NCBI GenBank assembly: GCA_010093815.1 | Contig: ML996573.1 | DNA: 64,000 nt | Direction: 5' to 3' (one strand) | Source of the DNA: Pseudovirgaria hyperparasitica | Taxonomy: Eukaryota | Part shown: in pieces, positions 11,240 through 23,990 of the stretch | Position numbering within the stretch: the first letter of the stretch is position 1 | How the letters are laid out: each line of letters opens with the position of its first letter | The notes under the pieces: generated by a model | Seen by the model: the letters and a program-made list of their open reading frames with translations, nothing else | Told to the model about the DNA's origin: nothing | Databases searched by the model: none | Made by a program: the position numbers and the translations under genes

Positions 11240-12109
11240 TTAATAAAACAAAAGCTGTAAACCATCCTTCCCGTAGCGTTCTTTGAGATTGTTCATCGCC
11301 AGAAGCTTTACCAAAGGCACTTGGACCTCCTTCATATCAAGCACGCCTCGTTTTTTGGTATCGATGTGACTAGCGTCTAGTACAATCACTCTTAACTTGT
11401 CCATCTTGAGGGCTCCATTGTCAATCAGGTCATACACCCTCTGAGGAGTCCCAACCCCAAAACTCATGCGCACTTTGCCACAGGTCTCTATGGCTTCTTT
11501 AAGTTTAATATGCTTTGCGAACAGCTTCTCTACCTTTCCTTCTTTCGTCTGGAAAGTCCGTAAACTCCGTACTAGCTCTGCAGCACGAAGACCTGCTGAT
11601 GCTATGACGAGAATATGCGGCGAACCAGGCGTACTGGGTGCTTTGTCTAAATCGATATTCTTGGGGCTGAACTTTCTGATGAAGTCTGCCAAATTATCGG
11701 TCGTCCGTGGCTTTAACCAAGAGGTTGTATCGGCTATGGCACTTTCTGAAGCCACAAGTTAGCATGTATGTTCCGGACAAGTGGAAATTTCGAAGCTGAT
11801 ACCTGGAATGTAGCGGTCCTCAAGTTCTACGTGACTCAGCTCAGGCTCAAAGCGCTTGGTCCGCTGGGCAACGTAGTCGGACAATAGTCTTGCGTCCATC
11901 TTTGACAGACCATTATTTATCCCTAGGTCGCCATCAAGGTCTGCATCGTTTATATCTTTCGGCTTCTTGCTCCGTCGCTTGCGCTTTGTAGGTTTCTGCT
12001 GCTCTGATTCGACTTCGCCATCGTGCCGCTTGCGTTTGATGCTACTCTTTGATGTCTCGATGTTGGCTGACAGAGTCCCCTCAACGTCTGAATCTCCGGA
12101 AATCGACAT
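11240..12109 (-). CDS. CMS1: Cms1, 90S pre-ribosome-associated helicase-like protein
   Basis: Basic NLS-like stretch. LSHVELEDRYIP, intron 11746-11802, then GSPHILVIASAGLRA, KLFAKHIKLKE, GVGTPQR and LDASHIDTKKRGVLD (CMS1 family). Confidence 0.9.
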
Positions 12110-12423
12110 ATCGGTGTTGTGCTCAAGACGATTGCATTGGTTGAGCAGCGTCTTATTGAACTGACGTGGGAAGTCCCTAGACTAATTTTTTGGTGGACTC
12201 TTATCGATAAGACGTAGATCCCTGCAGGTGCTGTAGCGTAGATGTGGTGGAGTGGGTCCGCTACGATCCCGACGCGTCTCGCGCTGCACCACCTGGGGAT
12301 TGATGGTTCACGCAATATGCCCAGGTCATAACAAATCCCGATTGGTCTTCCTCCAACACTGTCAGTTGGCAGTCGCAAAACTCCATAACATCTGATCCAG
12401 CACGAACATCTTCCCTCGCGAAG

Positions 12424-14177
12424 ATGTCTGAACCGCGGCCAAAGCGGCAGCGAGTTACGCCACGAAATTCGAACGCAAATGAGCTTGCTACTCAAGCTCA
12501 GACGCCCTACGCAAATGTAAACACTGCTCGAGTGTTTCAATGATAGTAGAATCTAGACTGACAAGATACAGCTTCGTCAACTTGCTTCGTTGATCAAAAA
12601 GCCCGCAGCGACTCCGTACAGGCGTGCTGTATCTGCTGGGCCAGAGACGACACCAGGAACCGAACGTAGCGCGAACACGACACCAGGGACGCAGAATAAG
12701 ACACCGAGATCTGTTGGAAGAACTGGCCTCTATGCTAGACCTGTGATCGCGCGTCGTGGTCCGCCAACAACACCGCATGCGATTCGGGCACTGCAGCAAA
12801 GACGCAATGCTGCTATCACACCAGGGAAGAATAGAAGGCGGAGCGGCCGTATGCAGAGGGAAACGCCTAGGGACACCTTGCGAGCATTAAGTCGACTTCT
12901 TGCTCCTAAGAGCAAGCCTATCGTTGCCACACCGCGTACAGGAGGACAATCAAGAAGAAATTCACTGTTGGACGACATCGACGACGAATCTGATCCCCGA
13001 CCACCGAGACTGTCTATGCCTTTGGACTTTGAATCCGATGATGAAGACGCGCCGCCACGCCTATCAGCTTTGCCAGAAGATCTCGACAACGACAACCTGA
13101 CTGCAAACCTGACTGCGGTGTCTCTAGAGACGGGCCGTCGCGCTATAAGCGAAGATCCGAGATACACAAGAAGGAGCCTGGGAAGGCTAAGTGAGCGATT
13201 TCCGGGAATCAATGATCTTAGCTTTGATGCTGGAGATGGTGCAGACCCCGACGCGACTTTCCTTCGCGAAAACAACCTGTTCGGCGATAATGGGGATATC
13301 AACATCGATGATGGCACGATCAACTTGGGCGACGAAGCAACAGCTGACCTACGCGCGCTAATGGAAACAACAAGACAGCGGAGTAGATACAGTGATTTAG
13401 GAATACCCGGGTTAGATGACCATGATGAGCCAACATTCCAATTCAGAATTGGAGGCCAGGATCGACTTGCACAGCCAGTATTCACCTATCCGCCTAACGA
13501 GGAAGATCATGCAAGTGCGGCAAATCTGGTAGAAGGCGATGAGGCGGCAGCGGACTATGATGACGAGACAGCTCTGGTTGGATTAGAAGAACCACAATCT
13601 GATGCATCCGACGGAGAAGAGCCTATACTACGTCAAGACTCAGTTGAACTAGCACAGGCTCCGGAAACGGATGCTAAGAAGGTTCGCAGGTGTCGAAAGG
13701 AAGTGAAGGTGTCCAGATATGGCATCGAATACCCATCCCTGCCATCGAATGTGGTAAAGAGGGTCGCAACAAGCTTTGCACGAATACACGGAAACAGCAA
13801 CACGAAACTCAACAAGGAGACGCTGGCAGCTATCGTAGAGGCATCAGACTGGTTTTTCGAGCAAGTGGGAGAGGACCTGGGCACGTATGCAGTACATGCT
13901 GGACGGAAGACCATAGAAGATAGCGACGTGATGACACTGATGAAGCGGTATGTTCGATACATCAGTGTTGGGTTCCGGAGTATCTTGCTTATCTTGCTAA
14001 ACAATCTATAGGCAGCGCCAGCTCAACGCAACAAACACGCCATTCTTCCTGGCGCAGCGATACCTGCCCCGGGAACTGTTACAAGAGATGCGCATGCCAG
14101 CACCCAAAGTCAAATCAAAAGCGCATAAGAGGAAACGAAGGCTGGAGACGGTCGATGAAGAAGATGACGAGGAGTGA
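12424..14177 (+). CDS. Centromere protein T (CENP-T/Cnp20-like), C-terminal histone fold
   Basis: Three exons (introns about 12517-12571 and 13949-14011). Long disordered N-terminus with many S/T-P sites. C-terminus PSLPSNVVKR..ASDWFFEQVGEDLGTYAVHAGRKTIEDSDVMTLMKRQR..FFLAQRYLPRELLQE. Confidence 0.88.
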
Positions 14178-15979
14178 AAGTAACTCCAACAAAGCCTTAC
14201 GCACTAGTGCTTATTAGTTAGTACACACGACTATTGATACCCCTTTCTACCAAAAAAACTAGCATTTCCTACACTATTCAACATGAACAACACTACTAAG
14301 AAAGAACACCATTTTCAATAGTCGATATTTCGTCACACTCTCACAGTCTCACACCTGCAGTCGCAATATGAGTGATGAGTAAGACGAACAATAAAGCCTG
14401 GACGACCGACCTACGTGCCGTGCCCCCATGACCAACCCAATGAGCACAAAACTGGTTCCAGGCCCCAATGACGAGTCACGACATTGCCCTGCCGTGCAGG
14501 ATCACACAGCAAATCGATCGTGTTTCGAAACCAAACATTATCCCCTTCGTCGGCGGCGGCGGCGGGCCCGAAGCACACACCAGAACACGACCAGTGCATC
14601 CTCGTACATACTGTATTTAACTTTATAAACTTTTCGAACGATAGTACATACAACGTAGTAATGAGCTAAAGAAAGACTATGATGCTACTTGGAGGCGAAA
14701 GCTTAAATCAACAAATCGCGATCTGTTGGACCCTGCATGCATCTAGATATAGCTGCAAGCAACGGGAAGGTCTCCGGTGCCGTCGAAGCGGACGGGATAG
14801 TAGTTATTTATCAAGGGAGGAGGAGAGTTTGTCGGAGGTTTGATGGATGGGCAATCGGTAGTGCAGTGCATATTGTAATCCTGGCTTTGTGCAGGGCAGA
14901 AACATGGCGAGAAAGGTTCGCAGCGTGTGGGCAGGCAGAAGGCGGAAATGAGGCATCCGCACGGCTAGTTCGTTCAGGCGCAGAGGCCACGATAAGGCAC
15001 GACCCTCAGGTTTCGGCGGCAGTGTGCCGTGGCTGTGGGAGTTGTACTATGTACTATGTACTGTGCACCATGTATGTGGAACCGTGTGAAGTAATTAGTC
15101 GGTATTTCCTGGCTTGCATCACATTCACGGACTCAGTCGAGTCTGGACTTGTGTTATGACTTAGTCAGATGTAGGGTTCATGTCTGTCTTCTCAAGCCAG
15201 GAGTTTGAGTCAACAAGTTCGAATGTGATCTGTCACGACGTACGTCAGCGTGCAAGCAGTAGCATCCATCTGACAGGCACAGCATTCCATAGCGATAAGA
15301 TGAGGGGACCTCCCACACAAGGGAGCAACTACGAAACGTTGGTGGAAAGTATGTATGACGGCGGGAAGAAAGCGTTCGAGTACGACAGAGGGAGGAGGAC
15401 CTGCATATGATTGTGCAGACAGGGCTGGAAAGGCAACGGGTTGGTGGTATATTATTACATTCGTCTCCAGGTCCTCCTGTCATCTTCCTGCATGACCTCC
15501 ATTGTAGAGATGAGAACAGTCGTAGAACAGGGTGGTTGGGATCGAGGAGATATATAATAGCGAGCCACGAATAGGAGAAAATACGTGCACAAGACGCACA
15601 GAACGGGATATTGGCATCGATATATCTCTAACACGAGGGCGAGTGTGTGTGTGTGACCTCGGCAGTGTGTGTGACGGGTGTGATTGGCCACACGATCGGG
15701 TTTCAGCACCAATTATTGTTTGTGTCAAGGGGGAGAGTCAGAGTGGGAAGAAATTAGGGGATTCTACAGGGCAATATAGATGTATGCGAAGTGGGGTTAA
15801 CAACAACCCGCCGGCCGGGCTCCGGCTCCTTGATCAGCGAGGTTTTCCCTCGTGGCAGCAGCAGCAGCGCCGCGTTGCGCAACTCGACACAGCACAGCCT
15901 CTGCGGCGCGTGGTTTAGGTATGACCTGTGGCTATACATGGTACTTGTATTGATAATTGACAACTGGCATGGCGTCTTT

Positions 15980-16001
15980 GAGTGAGTGAGTGAGTGAGTG
16001 A
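15980..16001. repeat. (GAGT)5 microsatellite, followed by GT/GTAT repeats
   Basis: gagtgagtgagtgagtgagtga read directly. Confidence 0.9.
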
Positions 16002-17136
16002 TGGAGGGTGTGTGTGTGTATGTATGTATGCTTATGTGCCGCTGGTCCGTACCTGGGCGTTTCACCATGCACCGCTGTCAATGAACGATACCCTGCCTCC
16101 ACGATGGAAGAAGAGTCAGACAGAGGCAGAGAGGCGGAGAGAGGGAGGAAAAGAGATGAATGCGCTGGAGGAATAGTGGAATAAGAATAACGATTCGTAG
16201 TTTGGGCCGGGGCCTGGCTGGCGTGGTGTGTATCTTACGTTTGAGCTGAGCTTGTACCTTTTTCTGTAGTATTACCAGTTACAACTTACCTGCGACTGGA
16301 CTGGACTGCACCCGTCCCGTTCCCTAATTTACCCCCAAAGCTACTGCAACTAATTAACGAAATCCTTCATCGTCACGCACAGCTGAGTGATCACCTACTT
16401 CTCTGCCCAGACCGCCGCCACCATCTCTCACTCTCTCTCTCTCTTGTCGCTATCACATTGCGCCTCTCGTTCCTTTTGCTTCGGCATCTTCTACTCTCCT
16501 TCACTTCTTTTCTGCTTCTACTATTACTTACTCACAACTTTGCACCGAGCTACTTTCTGTCTTTTTCTTTTTTTTCTATGCTTGCTTGCTGTCGTTGCGT
16601 TGCCTACCTTTCGAATACCACGACTTATCTCGTCAATCGCCTATCCAACCTTGTCCCGACTGTCGCAACGGCCGACTCGACCTTCACGATACCATTCACT
16701 CCATATAGAGACCAAGATCGACTCCTCTGCTTCCTCCGGCGATTTCCGCATCCTCCGACCAGCTCAATCGTCCTAAAACCCGCAGTGTTCGCGTATGTCG
16801 GCAAATCTCCTACTTCTGAAACCCCACTGCATAATTCCCTCTGTTTGGTGTCTGCCGCAACAACAGTCGCATAACCTCGTCGCTTGGCCATTTTCAAGCA
16901 TCGAGTCTAGAATGCTATGCGCATGATTTTCTTGCTGCTCTGGACGGGTTACCGTCCAGAGTCGTAGTAACATCGAATATGCCGATCATGACAGTCTCAT
17001 CGCTTACCTGTTTATTCGCTCTTCAGATTGCCACTCTTCTCGCTGACGTAGCTTGTAGTTATCATACTCAATCAGACACTATTCAATCTTTCGCACGAAT
17101 GCCACCTCCAAGCTCGACGACTTGACCAATCAATAC

Positions 17137-19695
17137 ATGAATCCGGGATTCGGTGAAGGTGATGCGCCATACGGTGCATCTGCTGAGCGGTGGAACATGA
17201 GCACATCTAGGAAAGGTTCTGTGAAGGCCGCAAGAGAACGTCTGCAGGTTGCACAGAACAATCAGCGACAGGGAATGTTGTCGGCCGGAAGGTCACAAGG
17301 GACATACCCAGCACCAAACCAGCTTGTCTCGCAATTCCAAGCACGTCCACGAAATGATCATGCTCCAATGACTAGCAGTCTAGGCATGTCAAATGTACAG
17401 CCTCACCCGCAGTGGACTCTGGAGGAAGACAGTCACGATCAATATGTCCATGGCCAACAAGCACAGAGGAAAGAACCACCACCACGCCCGCCTCGACCGA
17501 GTTATGTTCCTTCCATTCTCGACCCAACTCACTACACCACAGCTTCAACGTACGGACAGCCGCTTCATGACTCCATGCAAACACCTATAGAGCCATATCA
17601 AGCTCAGCCGCAATACTACGAATACGGTCACAGCGATCCCCAGCCCGATTGGTCTCCTGAACACTATCTTTCTCCCAACTATCATTCCCACCGCAATTCC
17701 GACCGACCCATGACACTAATGTCACAAAGCACAGCTTCATCTCTAGGCGAAATTCCCGACTTCCCAATCGTCCCCAATCCGCACCAGCAGAAGAAGTCTC
17801 CCTTAGTCGGGCCCCCTCCTTCCGCACGACGAGGTCCATCCTCGTACTACTCGCAAATGTCATTCGTGTCTCCAATCGTCGAAGAGTCGGAGGGAACAAA
17901 ATCACACAACTCTTTTGCTTCCAGCAATGTCTTCTCTCCCGAGCAGCATGCCTCCTACGATGACGGTGAGAGGTCAGTTACAGACGATAAGGATCTTGAA
18001 AAGGATCCCAACTACGCTCTGGCAGGCGCAGGTCCTCAAGGAAGTAACCGAGGACCAGTTAGAAAAGCGAGTCTGGGACGTCGCGAAAAGCCTATGTTGA
18101 CGACAATCAGATCAGGAGACACGCTACGCGACGAAGCAGTCGAGCAAGGCATATCAAGCAAGACAAAAGGAGCTATTGCTCAAGCTGCTGTTGCAGCAGG
18201 TGCCGCTGGCGGTGCCTTTGCTGCTGGGTTCGGCTCAAGGCATGGCTCAAAGAGCAATTCGCGAGTAAACAGTCCCGGTGGCAGTCGATCAGAGCTCAGC
18301 AGTGGGACAGGACTTCTCGAAGACTCGTCGTCGGATTCGGAGTCTTTGATATCTCCCATCCAGGGAGTTGCTGCTGGACGGCCAAACATCTCTCGATCCC
18401 GCTCGCCTCTGGCCATCTCAGTCCTTGACTCGGATTCTGATGCTCCGACCGGGAGAGGACAATCTTCCAACCGACCGATCCGCCAGGCATCCTTTGCAGA
18501 TCGCGCCAGGACCAGACGACCTCCGAAGCTGAACATGGATGCTGTTCGTGATGCAGAAGCTCGAGGCAGTCTGACAAGTCTACCTGATCTCATTCGACGG
18601 GCAACTCGTCTGGCCGCAAATCTAGACCGTGGCAAAACAGCTAGCCGTCTCGGGTTGGATGTTTTCGCAGATGGCACCTACAACGGGCACCATCGCGGGT
18701 CGGGCTCTTTGTCTGACATGCTCGCTTCATTCCCCCCGCCGGCATTAGGGACACCCGATCAAGGATCGTTCAGCCGCGAACGTGGCTCCAGATGGCCGCC
18801 CCGGCATTTCGACCAGATCTCTACTTATCACGACGAGAAGTCTCCAGACCGGAAGAAGCAAGGACGTCGATGCTGCGGAATGCCTCTCTGGGTGTTTATT
18901 GTCGTGATGCTAATACTATTCCTGCTGATCGCAGCAGCTGTGGTTGTTCCAGTCGTCCTCATCGTTCTGCCACGCCAAAGGGACTCCTCGCAAGCCTCAG
19001 TCGCGTCTCAATGCAACACTAGCTTCAGCTGTTCCAACAATGGTGTCGTAATTACCACACCTCAGGGCTCTTGCAGCTGCCTTTGCAAGGATGGCTTCAC
19101 AGGCGAGCGCTGTACGACTGCATCCGATGCATCGTGTACTACGATGAGCATTCCGGGTGTGGATTCTGCGACTTTAGGCAACGTCATACCTCGCCTTCTG
19201 AACGACGCCAATCAGAATTTCAGCATTCCCCTTGACGCTGCTCAGGTTGTCGCCCAGCTCAACGCTGCTGATCTGAGTTGCAGAGCTGAAAATTCTCTCG
19301 TCAACTTTGGTACTGGATCAAGCCGCCGCCGGTCTCTGGACTACATTTCTCAGCCCATCCTTCCACGCCAGGAATCATCCGCAGCTTCCACAGCAGTTCC
19401 GACTTCAACACCTTCCGCTACTCCCACCCCCTCATCCACGTCGACACCGAAACCGACGCCTTCTGGTGCTGACTCCGTTACTTATACCCTTGACTTTGCC
19501 CGCGTATCTGTTCTCTTCATTCTCCAAATCAGCACCAGCGTCGACACTGCCTCGGAGGCGCAATCAAGCATCAAAGATGCACTGTCCAACGTTCCCCGAG
19601 AGACATTGAATCACATATCTGTAAAAAACTTCACAATCAACCTAGCCGACTACCACATTACCGTACCCAACGGCACTACCTATGGAAACCAATAG
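17137..19695 (+). CDS. Single-pass membrane protein with extracellular EGF-like Cys motif (uncharacterised)
   Basis: Intronless ORF of about 852 aa. Long disordered N-terminus, LPDLIRRATRLAANLDRGKTASRLG block, RRCCGMP then one TM helix, CSNNG..CSCLCKDGFTGERC (EGF-like C-x-C-x5-G-x2-C), S/T/P linker. Confidence 0.85.
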   Translation: MNPGFGEGDAPYGASAERWNMSTSRKGSVKAARERLQVAQNNQRQGMLSAGRSQGTYPAPNQLVSQFQARPRNDHAPMTSSLGMSNVQPHPQWTLEEDSHDQYVHGQQAQRKEPPPRPPRPSYVPSILDPTHYTTASTYGQPLHDSMQTPIEPYQAQPQYYEYGHSDPQPDWSPEHYLSPNYHSHRNSDRPMTLMSQSTASSLGEIPDFPIVPNPHQQKKSPLVGPPPSARRGPSSYYSQMSFVSPIVEESEGTKSHNSFASSNVFSPEQHASYDDGERSVTDDKDLEKDPNYALAGAGPQGSNRGPVRKASLGRREKPMLTTIRSGDTLRDEAVEQGISSKTKGAIAQAAVAAGAAGGAFAAGFGSRHGSKSNSRVNSPGGSRSELSSGTGLLEDSSSDSESLISPIQGVAAGRPNISRSRSPLAISVLDSDSDAPTGRGQSSNRPIRQASFADRARTRRPPKLNMDAVRDAEARGSLTSLPDLIRRATRLAANLDRGKTASRLGLDVFADGTYNGHHRGSGSLSDMLASFPPPALGTPDQGSFSRERGSRWPPRHFDQISTYHDEKSPDRKKQGRRCCGMPLWVFIVVMLILFLLIAAAVVVPVVLIVLPRQRDSSQASVASQCNTSFSCSNNGVVITTPQGSCSCLCKDGFTGERCTTASDASCTTMSIPGVDSATLGNVIPRLLNDANQNFSIPLDAAQVVAQLNAADLSCRAENSLVNFGTGSSRRRSLDYISQPILPRQESSAASTAVPTSTPSATPTPSSTSTPKPTPSGADSVTYTLDFARVSVLFILQISTSVDTASEAQSSIKDALSNVPRETLNHISVKNFTINLADYHITVPNGTTYGNQ

Positions 19696-21609
19696 ACGTC
19701 ATATTTTCAGAGCAACACTAGCACCTCACACATACGACTGAGTAGACATGCATAGCCCTGCGCCAAGGATCGACCCTAATGACACGAAGAGCGCACGTCA
19801 TTTTTTCGGCGCATATCATCACTTCGCTTCGTGCGTCTTTGTTTTTTTGTCGCATTTTCAGCGTCATGTAACGTACCCTTTCTTGTAAATCTCCCTAGAG
19901 CAGGCTTTTTTTTCGTTCCGGTCGCGTATCGGGTGGCATTTTCCGGACACCTCTCGATGATCTGCGTTTGCTGCATTAGACGCATGGCACTTTGCTTGAC
20001 ATATCTTCGTCACTTGAATTGTGACTGCATGGAGGCTGGATGCTGGAGGCTGGAGGTTCTGGTTGTATGTAATGCGTAATGCAAGCATGAAGCCACCAAT
20101 ATATATATCGTGAAGGCGATGATATTAGAGAGACAATTTGCAGTATCTCATAATCTCATAACCTGTGTGTGTAGTGTCCTCGAACTCTATTGATGCGGAT
20201 TTCAGCTCCTTGAGTTAATTACTATCAACCATGACCTGCTGTGGCTCGTCACAGCCCACAAACGACCACTTCTCAAGCAGATCCTCCCTGCATCTCCTCC
20301 AGTGGCGACGTACGCCACAGCATTGACAACACTCAGATCCTCGTCGAGAGCATACCTCCAACCAGGACACCCTCAATACGAGACACATATAGTCTCCAAG
20401 TAGTTAGACGTCCTTCCAGGCAGGGCCCACACGTCGTTCAAAATAGGGCCCCAATCCCAGCCCCATTGGAACCGCGCTCTTCGGACCGGCCCACGGGCCC
20501 ACTCCCGTTTTGATGAACGATGGATGAATCGATTGCGCGGGGTGCTCGTCGACCAGTGCGAGTCCCCCCCCCTTTTTTTGCGCGCCGGTTCGAATTTTTT
20601 ATTTGTTTGCAGGTTGTTGATGTCACTGGTGTCGGTGATGTTGGCGGTGCGATGGCGGATGAATGAATGTATTGTCTGTCTTTAACACCTCTTTGCTGTT
20701 GATGAATGTGGTGGCGAAAGTTTTCCGCCCGTTGAAAACAACAGGTCCGTCTGGGTCTCGGGTGGTATGTGGAACTTGGTCCGATCAGTCCTCGGAAGCT
20801 CAGCGGCCCATTGTACGGAGAGTTCGTTGGGGTCCAGGAACGGATCGGGTAGCCATTATGTTCTGCTCTTGCAAATAAATTCGGATGGATTTTCTGTGAT
20901 AGGATTCCTGGCTGGCCCGCCAAGGCTCGTCTTCGTTGTCGGAACGTCTGGATGTCTAGCCGGTGGAGAGATCATGTCTTGCTCTAGCTGCCGATGCTGT
21001 CGTTTCGCAAGTTTCGGTACGGACAGCGCAGGCCGTGTCGAATATGGTCGAAAATCTAGTTCACAATCCGTTCGAGTGCCGGGAAACAGGTACTGCTGCA
21101 TCGACTATTACAACACGAGCCGCATCAAAGAAAATCCAACAGACTTCGGATGGCAGAGCAGATGGAGATACTCGGAGGCTATGTTCCGTGTCTTTTCTGT
21201 AACATGTACCCATATGCTAATTAGCGAGGTCAGTTAGAGGTCTCGTTAAAGTTGGTCGGTCCGGTTCGGTCTAATAATCTGTCGGCCATGGAAGTACCAG
21301 TTTCGCATTGACGTACCAATTCCTCAATTGGTTGATCGCGAGATAAGAGTGACTGTACCTCAGCGCTTCATGCTTTACTCACATCACATGATGCGGGGTC
21401 GCCAAATATAGGAATGATTTGTCGTCCTGCCAGACAGGGGCTCGTGTGATAAGAGTTACTATTGCATGGCATGCATGCAACCTCATCCTCATACTCTGAG
21501 CATGGATGGCTGCGTATTCATTTGTGCCCTCTACTAGTGCTACTTTACTACTCCAATCTCCTTGAATGACAGTACACTTCACATCCACGGTTTCGCCCAA
21601 TCGCTCAAG

Positions 21610-23724
21610 ATGAGCAGAGACACCAGCAAGAATGTTTCTGTCAAGGCAGAAGAAGACCGGCATGATGAAGCTGGGGCGGATTTCAAGATTGTCGAGGTGG
21701 AGGAGTTTAAAGGAGTGAACCCGACTTTTGCCGCCATCATGGCGAGGAATCCCCCGAATCCGTTTGGAAGAGGCTATCTCAGGCTCTATGTTCTCTGTGG
21801 CATCTGCTTCCTGAATTCGACTATGATGGGTAATTGATGAATCGATTTGTGTATCAGAGCACGGCACTAAATGGTCTTGATAGGTTTTGATAGCTCGCTG
21901 ATGGGGTCCATAAATACCTTACCAAGCTATACGAAGTACTATGGTCTGCCGGAGCATGGAACAGCCTCTACTGGAATAGTGTTCGCCATCTTCCAGGTAT
22001 GTGTGTTGAATCTCGGCTATTGCCCATAAGATCACTGACTTTGGGAGATTGGACAAATGACCGCAGCGCTCTTGTAAGCATCAACACAATGCGACATTGC
22101 TGATGCATAGAGCTAATGAGACAGTGTCTGGATGGCCGACTGGCTTGGAAGGCGATATTTCATCTTTATTGGAACCAGTGGGTAGTACTTAGTGGCTTGT
22201 TTTCTGAGACTGACCCAAGATCCCACAGCCGGCGTGATCATAGGTGCCATAGTTACTGCCACTGCGAAAACGCTGCCAGTTTTCATCGCAGGCCGTTTCT
22301 TGTTGTCCTTTTTCGCCACTTGTGCTTGCAGTGCGTCGCCTTTGTATCTGGTTGAGATTGCGCCGCCTTTGTATCGTGGAACAGTGGCAGATATGTGGCC
22401 CATTCAATCATATTCAGTTAAGCACTAATCACTGCAGGCTTGTACAATACCTTCTACTTTATTGTAGGTATGCCTCGACACTTTAAAATCATTTCTGACT
22501 GCATCAGGGCTCTATCCTTGCCACGTCATCTGTATATGGTACACATCTACATCTTCAAAACAGAGGAACGTTGGACTTCCGTCTTCCGGTCAGTACTAAT
22601 CTATCACCTGCTCTACATACCGCAGTCCTGATACAAAACAGTTGTGGCTGCAGATGTTATGTCCGGCAATCGTTTCCTTGGTCGTTTTGTTCTTCCCTGA
22701 ATCGCCACGATGGCTGGTTGCAAAGGACAGGCACGAAGAAGCGCTCAGTTTCCTGGTGACATACCACGCGAACGGTGTTGCTGATCATCCGCTGGTAAAG
22801 CTTGAGATGGATGAGATGATAGCGTCGTTGAGGAGTGAGCCACCACCGTCATGGAGTAATTACTTTGACATGCGTACTCTCTTCAAGACACGGGCTAGGC
22901 GGTACAGGACTATGCTGAACATGACGTTTGCATGGTTCGGTCAGTTCTCTGGTAACAAGTACGTCTGATAAGTTTTTTGAATGCCAGTATTCCGCTCATC
23001 CTAACAGCATCGTCTCCTATTACCTGCCATATCTCGTCGCGAACGTCGGAATCCGAGACACCGATACTAAACTCCTCCTTAACATCATTTACGCGCTCGT
23101 TGGCTGGATTTTCTCGACGGCAGGGTGCCGCTTCCACGATATCCTTGGGCGCCGCAAGATGCTACTAGGTAGCACTGCTGGGATGATTGTAAGCTTAGCA
23201 ATCACAGCTGGGTGTGCGGCTGGCTACGTCAACACAGGGAGCGTTGCCTCGTCCTCTGCGTCGATAGCATTCATCTACATCTTCGGTGCTATCTTTGCAT
23301 GGGCATACACCTCTATGCAGCCCATCTACCCAGCCGAAGTCATGGGCAACGACATGCGTGCCAAAGGTATGGGAACCTACAAGATCGTCGGAGGTGCAGC
23401 AGGCTTCCTCAACACATTCGTCGGGCCGATCGCGCTGCGCAATGTAAGCTTCTCCTCCTCCCGTGGTGGTTGCGTTTCAGACGGCTGACTAAAAAATAGA
23501 TCGGGTACTGGTTCTACGTATTCTTCGTGTTCTGGGATTGCTTCCAGTTTGTCTTCATGTACTTCTTCTTTGTCGAGACAAAGGGGCTCACGCTCGAGGA
23601 GCTGGATGAGATTTTCGAGTCGAAGAACCCGAGGAAGGCGAGCACGGATGTGAAGTGGCTGCAGCGTCGCACGCTTGTGGGTTCTGATGGCGAGATTATT
23701 GAAGAGACGAAGCAGATGTGCTGA
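21610..23724 (+). CDS. MFS sugar porter, lactose permease/cellodextrin transporter-like; one intron has a non-canonical AT donor, so it may be a pseudogene
   Basis: [57 protein letters not shown] and [12 protein letters not shown] motifs. About 9 short introns. Confidence 0.9.
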
Positions 23725-23990
23725 GAGTGATCGTTGAGATGATACTTGCTACGATGTTAACGTTGTAGGAATGAGGTTTGTGACATTTCTTCTCAGTATA
23801 CCTCGGGGCTCTAATATGGTTGCTGTCAGTGATGAACAGTGAAGATGCCGAGATCTCAGATCAAAGGCTCCATCGCCTATATCTGATTCTACTCACCGGC
23901 TCGTCAGTAGATTAAGTCCGCATACTCAACTATCACATACCCACCTGACATCACATCTATCAAACACCGAGCCTCAATCGGAAATATATC

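Noticed and set aside
12730..13485. Long antisense or alternate-frame ORFs (also 4093-4623, 18180-18677, 42666-43514, 47735-48325, 58358-58900)
   Set aside because: Shadows of well-supported genes in GC-rich coding DNA.
14178..16900. Short ORFs in the 3-kb intergenic region, including hydrophobic ORFs at 16387-16874
   Set aside because: They derive from CT-rich and GT-rich promoter/UTR sequence and show no coding signature.
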